Assembly: GCA_029262055.1 (NCBI GenBank)
Contig: JAJDAD010000034.1
Coordinates: 102,430 to 166,429 of the forward strand
From: Candidatus Zhuqueibacterota bacterium
GTDB lineage: Bacteria > Zhuqueibacterota > Zhuqueibacteria > Oceanimicrobiales > Oceanimicrobiaceae
DNA: 64,000 bases
Direction of reading: 5' to 3'
Made by a program: the position numbers and the translations under genes. Positions within the stretch are counted from its first letter, which is position 1, and the number at the start of each line of letters is the position of its first letter. Positions 59,126 to 64,000 of this stretch are shown here, piece by piece. Below the pieces are notes generated by a model. It searched no databases. It was not told the DNA's origin and saw only the letters and a program-made list of their open reading frames with translations.

Positions 59126-59161
59126 ACGCCGGCCGGATTTTATGGCTGGCGTTGCGTTTTT
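59126..59161 (+). terminator. putative intrinsic terminator after the second nuoD
   Basis: acgccggcc-(9 nt)-ggctggcgt stem (one G-U pair) followed by TGCGTTTTT, 27 nt after the stop. Confidence 0.45.
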
Positions 59162-59189
59162 GGGCTACTAAAAGAAAAGCGGGCTCGCA

Positions 59190-61193
59190 ATGCAGAACAA
59201 AGAGATAATACTCACTCTGCTGATTCTGAGCAGTATGTCTTTCTTTCTTTGGAGTGTTTACCGGCTTTATCGCCTGGTGTCTTTAGGTAGGGATTCCCAT
59301 GATCCGGTAGAGCATTTTGGTTGGCGCCTGAAGTCGGTTCTCAGGTTTTTTTTCGGCCAAAGGTCCGTGGTGCGGGAACCGTCCGGCTGGGGCCATTTCT
59401 GTATTTTCTGGGGCTTCATGATCTTGGGAATGGCGACCATCGAGATGTTTGTGCGCGGTTACAGTCCCACTTTCCATTGGGGCGTGATTCTTGGTGAGCA
59501 GCTGGATGCCGTGCTGGCAACTGCTTTTGACTTCTGCGGATTGGCGGTCCTGATCGCTATCCTGGTTGCCCTGATACGGCGGTATGCGATCCAACCCGAC
59601 CGCCTGCGCAAGGATTTTGCCGCACGTTTTGACGCAGGCCTTATCCTGGGTATGATTTTCACGCTCATGCTGTCGATGTTCATTGCCAATGGCTACATCA
59701 TAAACAATGAGCGCGCCCTGGCCGGCTTCACTCCGGTTTCCAACCTCTTTTCTACCTTCGTAGTGACCTCCAGTGACGGAGCAATGCCGACGGGATATGA
59801 TATTGCGTGGTGGGTTCATAATCTGATCATTCTGGCATTCTTGTCCTACATTCCACACTCCAAACACGTGCATCTCGTCGGCGCTTTTCCGAACATATTG
59901 CTTAGACGGGATTCGGAGAGAAACCGCAAGCGCGGTGTGCTCAAGAAAATCGATTTCGAAAACGTAGATTTCGAATCTGAAGATGCAACAATCGGAGTGG
60001 GCAAGCTTCAGGATTTCACCTGGCCACAACTGCTTGATCTCTACGCGTGCACGGAATGTGGACGCTGCCAGGACAATTGCCCGGCCTACCATTCCGGAAA
60101 AGCACTGAATCCAGCGCTTGTGATTCACGACCTGAAGGAACATCTGAACGACGTCGGCCCGGCTCATCTTTCAGGCAGTGAGCCTGCCAACGGCAAAGTC
60201 ATGGTCGGTGACGTAATTCCTGAAGAGGTTGTCTGGGCTTGTACAACCTGCCTGGCCTGCGTGGAGCATTGTCCGGTGTTCATAGAACATGTCGATACTC
60301 TGCAGGACATGCGACGGTTCCTCGTGATGGACCAGGGCAGTGTGTCGGAAGAAGTAGCGAAAACTCTGGAAAACATGGAGAATATCGGTAATCCGTGGGG
60401 AATGCCCAATCAAAACCGTATGAAGTGGTGCGAGGATCTGGATGTGCCTTTGATGAAGGATAAAAAAGAAGCTGAGTATTTGTACTGGGTCGGGTGCGCG
60501 GCGGCTCTGGATACAAAAAATCAAAATGTCGCACGCTCCCTGGTGAAGGTTCTGCAGGCCGCGGATATCGACTTTGGCATTTTGGGAACTGAGGAGAGCT
60601 GTACAGGTGATTCCGCCAGGCGCTTAGGCCAGGAATACCTGTTCCAAATGATGGCGGAAAACAACATTGAAACGCTGGGAAGGTACAATTTCCGCAAGAT
60701 CATCACGACCTGTCCGCATTGCTTCAACACACTGGGAAACGAGTATCGTGACTTTGGCACAGATTACGAAGTCATCCATCACTCGGAATTTCTGGACGAA
60801 CTGATCGCGTCAGGAAGAATCAAGCCAAACAAAGTTGATGCAGCAAAAGTAACTTACCACGACGCATGCTATCTGGGCAGGCATAACGGCAATTATGAGT
60901 CACCACGTAATGTGGTTACTGCCACCGCAAATGGTGAACTGGTCGAAATGGAGCGCAACCGCGGCAAAGCCCTTTGCTGTGGCGCCGGCGGTGGCATGAT
61001 GTGGACTGATGAAGATTCTGACAAAAGAGTGAACATGGTGAGGTTCGGGGACGTTGAAGAGTCCGGTGCTGACCTTGTCTGTACCGCATGTCCGTTTTGC
61101 AACATCATGCTCGACGACGCCAGAAAAGTGCGCGGTGTGGAAGATGAGGTACAAGTAAAGGATATCGCGGAGCTAGTCGCGGACGCACTCTAG
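59190..61193 (+). CDS. membrane-anchored HdrD/GlpC/DsrK-like Fe-S oxidoreductase (N-terminal ~6-TM NarI/HdrE-like domain fused to a 2x[4Fe-4S] + two CCG-motif domain)
   Basis: Hydrophobic N-terminal ~230 aa; CTECGRCQDNCPAYHSG and CTTCLACVEHCPVF ferredoxin motifs; CCG-type motifs (ITTCPHCFNTLG; ALCCGAGGGMMW) and CTACPFC. Confidence 0.7.
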   Translation: MQNKEIILTLLILSSMSFFLWSVYRLYRLVSLGRDSHDPVEHFGWRLKSVLRFFFGQRSVVREPSGWGHFCIFWGFMILGMATIEMFVRGYSPTFHWGVILGEQLDAVLATAFDFCGLAVLIAILVALIRRYAIQPDRLRKDFAARFDAGLILGMIFTLMLSMFIANGYIINNERALAGFTPVSNLFSTFVVTSSDGAMPTGYDIAWWVHNLIILAFLSYIPHSKHVHLVGAFPNILLRRDSERNRKRGVLKKIDFENVDFESEDATIGVGKLQDFTWPQLLDLYACTECGRCQDNCPAYHSGKALNPALVIHDLKEHLNDVGPAHLSGSEPANGKVMVGDVIPEEVVWACTTCLACVEHCPVFIEHVDTLQDMRRFLVMDQGSVSEEVAKTLENMENIGNPWGMPNQNRMKWCEDLDVPLMKDKKEAEYLYWVGCAAALDTKNQNVARSLVKVLQAADIDFGILGTEESCTGDSARRLGQEYLFQMMAENNIETLGRYNFRKIITTCPHCFNTLGNEYRDFGTDYEVIHHSEFLDELIASGRIKPNKVDAAKVTYHDACYLGRHNGNYESPRNVVTATANGELVEMERNRGKALCCGAGGGMMWTDEDSDKRVNMVRFGDVEESGADLVCTACPFCNIMLDDARKVRGVEDEVQVKDIAELVADAL

Positions 61194-61328
61194 CGAGCGC
61201 GATTACAGTACGGGTTGTGAACACAAATGAGGTGAAATGACCAGAGCTTCCTTTTTATATTTGGAAGCTCTAAAGCAAGAACAGTTTAAAAACGAATTCA
61301 ACATTTATTGCATTAAGGATAATAGAAC

Positions 61329-63002
61329 ATGGCCAAGGTTGACATGCCCATGCCACAAATGGGTGAAAGCATTACTGAAGGTACCATCATCAGATGGCTG
61401 AAGAAGGAGGGTGAAAATGTCGAGCGGGACGAAATTATTGTAGAAATAAGCACCGACAAAGTCGATTCTGAAATACCTGCTCCCTTTTCGGGAAAACTGC
61501 TGCATATCCTGGCAAGCGATGGCGAAACCGTCGAGGTCGGGACCGCGATTGCCAGCATCGAAACTGACGGAGGTGACGACGCTCAGCCGGCTGTGGCCGC
61601 GCCGGTAGAAGATGAGGTGGCTGCGCCGCAAGAATCGCCTCCAGCCGCCGCGGAACCGGTGGAGAGTCCACCGCCATCGGAGCCGGCAGCAACGCCAGCA
61701 CAGCCCACATCCGGAGCACAAGTCGAGCTAGTTATGCCCCAGATGGGAGAGGGGATCACTGAGGGAACCGTGATTCGCTGGCTGAAGGCCCAAGGTGACG
61801 CCATAGAAAGAGATGAGATAATCATCGAAATAAGCACAGACAAAGTAGATTCGGAAATTCCCTCCCCGCACGCTGGGGTCATAGCTGAGATGCTCGTCGC
61901 AGAGGGCGAGACTGTGCAGGTTGGCACGGTCATCGCCAGAATCGACAGCGCTGGCACCGCCCAGGCCGCTGCGTCTGAAAAAGTAGGCGCGGCTTCTGCA
62001 CCTCCGGCTGTCGAAGAAGTGACTGTTGCGCCCGCGTCTGAAGCGACTGGGCCTGCACCAACGCCCGCGAAGTCGGTTAAGAGTAGGGATGGTAGGAGGT
62101 TCTATTCGCCTCTTGTCCGCAGCATTGCGGCTGCCGAGGGCGTCTCTCATGAGGAATTGGTAAAAATCGACGGAACCGGAGCGCTCGGCAGGGTGACTAA
62201 GAAAGATATTTTGAATTACTTGGAATCGCGTTCCGCAGGGACACCCTCCACTCTGCCGGCTCAGCCGGTGGTACAAGCTTCGAGGCCAGGCGTGGGCTCC
62301 GGGGAGCGGGTAGAGGTCATTCCAATGAACACCATGCGCAAAAGTATTGCCAGGCACATGGTAGCAAGTGTGCAAACATCTCCGCATGTATTTATGATGA
62401 CTGAAGCGGATATGACCGATTTGGTCGCTTATAGAAGCCAGAATAAAGACGCGTTCTTGGAACGCACAGGGACAAAACTTACTTATATGCCATTCATTGT
62501 GAGCGCATGTGTCAAGGCGCTACGGGATTATCCAATGGTCAATAGCTCCATTGATGGCGACAACATGGTTTTGAAGAAGTATATTAATGTAGGTATCGCG
62601 GTTGCCCTTGAAAACAGTGGACTGATTGTTCCGGTGGTCAAGAACGCCGACGAACTCAATGTGGTCGGGCTTGCTCGGGCCATAAACGACCTGGCACAGC
62701 GCGCACGATCAAAGAAGCTGAAACCTGATGAAGTGCAGGATGGAACATTTTCAATCACCAACATGGGTTCCTTCGGGAGTCTTCTTGGTTTTCCTATCAT
62801 CAATCAACCGCAGGTGGCAATTCTTGGTATGGGGACAATTCAGAAGCGACCCGTCGTCGTAAATGACGCTATTGCGATAAAGAGCATGCTTTATTTGACA
62901 TTATCCTTCGACCACCGTTTGGTCGATGGGGCACTGGCGGGCCAGTTCCTTGAACAGGTGGCGGGCTATTTGACGAATTTTGACACTAGCACAATAATGT
63001 AG
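61329..63002 (+). CDS. dihydrolipoyllysine-residue acyltransferase, E2 of a 2-oxoacid dehydrogenase complex (two lipoyl domains)
   Basis: Two lipoyl domains with ISTDKVDSEIP lipoyl-lysine motifs separated by Ala/Pro linkers, an E3-binding domain (RFYSPLVRSIAAAEGV) and a catalytic domain with SFDHRLVDGA. Confidence 0.9.
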   Translation: MAKVDMPMPQMGESITEGTIIRWLKKEGENVERDEIIVEISTDKVDSEIPAPFSGKLLHILASDGETVEVGTAIASIETDGGDDAQPAVAAPVEDEVAAPQESPPAAAEPVESPPPSEPAATPAQPTSGAQVELVMPQMGEGITEGTVIRWLKAQGDAIERDEIIIEISTDKVDSEIPSPHAGVIAEMLVAEGETVQVGTVIARIDSAGTAQAAASEKVGAASAPPAVEEVTVAPASEATGPAPTPAKSVKSRDGRRFYSPLVRSIAAAEGVSHEELVKIDGTGALGRVTKKDILNYLESRSAGTPSTLPAQPVVQASRPGVGSGERVEVIPMNTMRKSIARHMVASVQTSPHVFMMTEADMTDLVAYRSQNKDAFLERTGTKLTYMPFIVSACVKALRDYPMVNSSIDGDNMVLKKYINVGIAVALENSGLIVPVVKNADELNVVGLARAINDLAQRARSKKLKPDEVQDGTFSITNMGSFGSLLGFPIINQPQVAILGMGTIQKRPVVVNDAIAIKSMLYLTLSFDHRLVDGALAGQFLEQVAGYLTNFDTSTIM

Positions 63003-63016
63003 TAGCAGGGGGGATT

Positions 63017-63892
63017 TTGTTCGAAGAAACAACTGAGACTGCGCCACTATCGGTTCGAACCAGGCGCCCGGATTGGCTGAAAGTCCGATTGCCTTTTGGC
63101 GACGGATTTACGGAAACCAGAAGGATCGTGACGCAGCATGGATTGAACACCGTCTGTGAAGAGGCCCGCTGTCCCAATCTGGCTGAATGCTGGGAGCGTC
63201 GAACGGCCACTTTCATGATTTTGGGCGATGTGTGCACCCGAAGCTGCGGTTTCTGTGCGGTCAAAACCGGGCGCCCTGTAGTTCTGGACCGGGATGAGCC
63301 CAGACGAGTAGGGCTGGCAGTCGCCAATCTGAACCTGAAACACGCGGTCATTACTTCGGTGAATCGCGATGAACTGCCCGACGGCGGTAGTGGAATTTTT
63401 GCAAACACTATTTCCCACATTCGGACTCAGGCGCCCCAGTGCCGAATTGAGGTCCTGATCCCCGACTTCAAGGGGAATCCGGAGCCCCTGCAAAAGGTTC
63501 TCGACGCTTGCCCGGACATTTTGAATCACAACACTGAAACTGTACCGAGGCTTTACCGGCAGGTCCGGCCCCAGGGTGATTACCAGTGGAGCCTCGATGT
63601 TCTTCGTATTTCCAAATCGAACAAGATGGTTACCAAAACCGGTTTGATGCTTGGATTGGGAGAGTCAAGCCAGGAAGTACTTGAAGTGATGAATGAGTTG
63701 GCGCAGATTAAAGTCGATATATTGACGCTTGGCCAATATCTTCAGCCAAGCACCGCTCATCTTCCCGTTCATCGTTTTGTGTCCCCGCATGAGTTTGCCG
63801 AATATCGAACTGCCGGCCTGGGCATGGGCTTCAGGCATGTTGAATCCGGGCCATTGGTACGAAGTTCGTATCATGCCGACGAGCACTGCTGA
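63017..63892 (+). CDS. lipA: lipoyl synthase
   Basis: Auxiliary-cluster Cys (CEEARCPNLAECW), radical-SAM CTRSCGFCAV; TTG start in the track. Confidence 0.9.
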   Translation: MFEETTETAPLSVRTRRPDWLKVRLPFGDGFTETRRIVTQHGLNTVCEEARCPNLAECWERRTATFMILGDVCTRSCGFCAVKTGRPVVLDRDEPRRVGLAVANLNLKHAVITSVNRDELPDGGSGIFANTISHIRTQAPQCRIEVLIPDFKGNPEPLQKVLDACPDILNHNTETVPRLYRQVRPQGDYQWSLDVLRISKSNKMVTKTGLMLGLGESSQEVLEVMNELAQIKVDILTLGQYLQPSTAHLPVHRFVSPHEFAEYRTAGLGMGFRHVESGPLVRSSYHADEHC

Positions 63893-63920
63893 GTATCACA
63901 TCAGTGCACCGCTATACAGC

Positions 63921-63941
63921 GTCAAAAAGACTTGACTTTTT
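63921..63941 (+). terminator. weak terminator-like hairpin after lipA
   Basis: gtcaa-aaagac-ttgac followed by TTTTT; short AT-rich stem. Confidence 0.25.
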
Positions 63942-64000
63942 AGGGCTTCAATGTTAAATTGGAATTTCGTATACCTGCGAAGGTGCCAGGTGTTACTCGC

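Noticed and set aside
61241-61271. Inverted repeat ccagagcttcc-tttttatattt-ggaagctctaa between the HdrDE-like gene and the E2 gene, as an intrinsic terminator
   Set aside because: The T-rich tract is in the loop and is not trailing the stem on either strand, so it does not fit a canonical terminator. It may be a protein-binding palindrome, but there is no further support.

Overview
All convincing genes in this 64-kb window lie on the + strand; the minus-strand ORFs in the track look like shadows of + strand genes. From the gene content (T9SS cargo proteins with C-terminal sorting domains, many candidate-lineage-like fusions) this is a bacterial chromosomal segment, and I guess an FCB-group or related lineage. 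Content in order: (1) a Rieske [2Fe-2S] domain fused to a thiamine-diphosphate (POX/ALS-family) enzyme, cut by the left edge; (2) malic enzyme and polyphosphate kinase; (3) a carbohydrate locus with an ABC sugar importer (SBP, two permeases, distal ATPase), two GH130-type glycoside phosphorylase homologues, two GT4 glycosyltransferases and a shared unknown domain that occurs both alone and fused to a GT4; (4) an SDR, a CsgG-like lipoprotein and an ADP-forming acyl-CoA synthetase; (5) an ECF sigma / zinc-finger anti-sigma / STAS cassette followed by two large paralogous T9SS-sorted secreted proteins; (6) an iteron-like repeat region, RadC, an APC permease, DUF2277, a DUF3391-like + HDOD pair and a hybrid histidine kinase; (7) an organic-acid/TCA-type block: aconitase-family large subunit, YpdA-like flavoprotein, LpdA, LipB, a SucC-like/SucD-like/citryl-CoA-lyase-like trio, an HD hydrolase, an IDH/IMDH-family dehydrogenase and PrpD/MmgE; (8) a nuoA-B-CD-E-F-G-H-I operon with no nuoJ-N in the window, then a second orphan nuoB-C-I-D set and an HdrD/E-like membrane Fe-S protein; (9) a 2-oxoacid dehydrogenase E2 with two lipoyl domains, and LipA. 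I saw no rRNA, tRNA, CRISPR array or transposase. Every call is from reading motifs by eye, with no searches run. The leads I rank highest are the orphan Q-module + HdrDE-like pair, the ferredoxin-tailed citryl-CoA-synthetase-like trio, the Rieske-ThDP fusion and the sigma-linked T9SS paralog pair.
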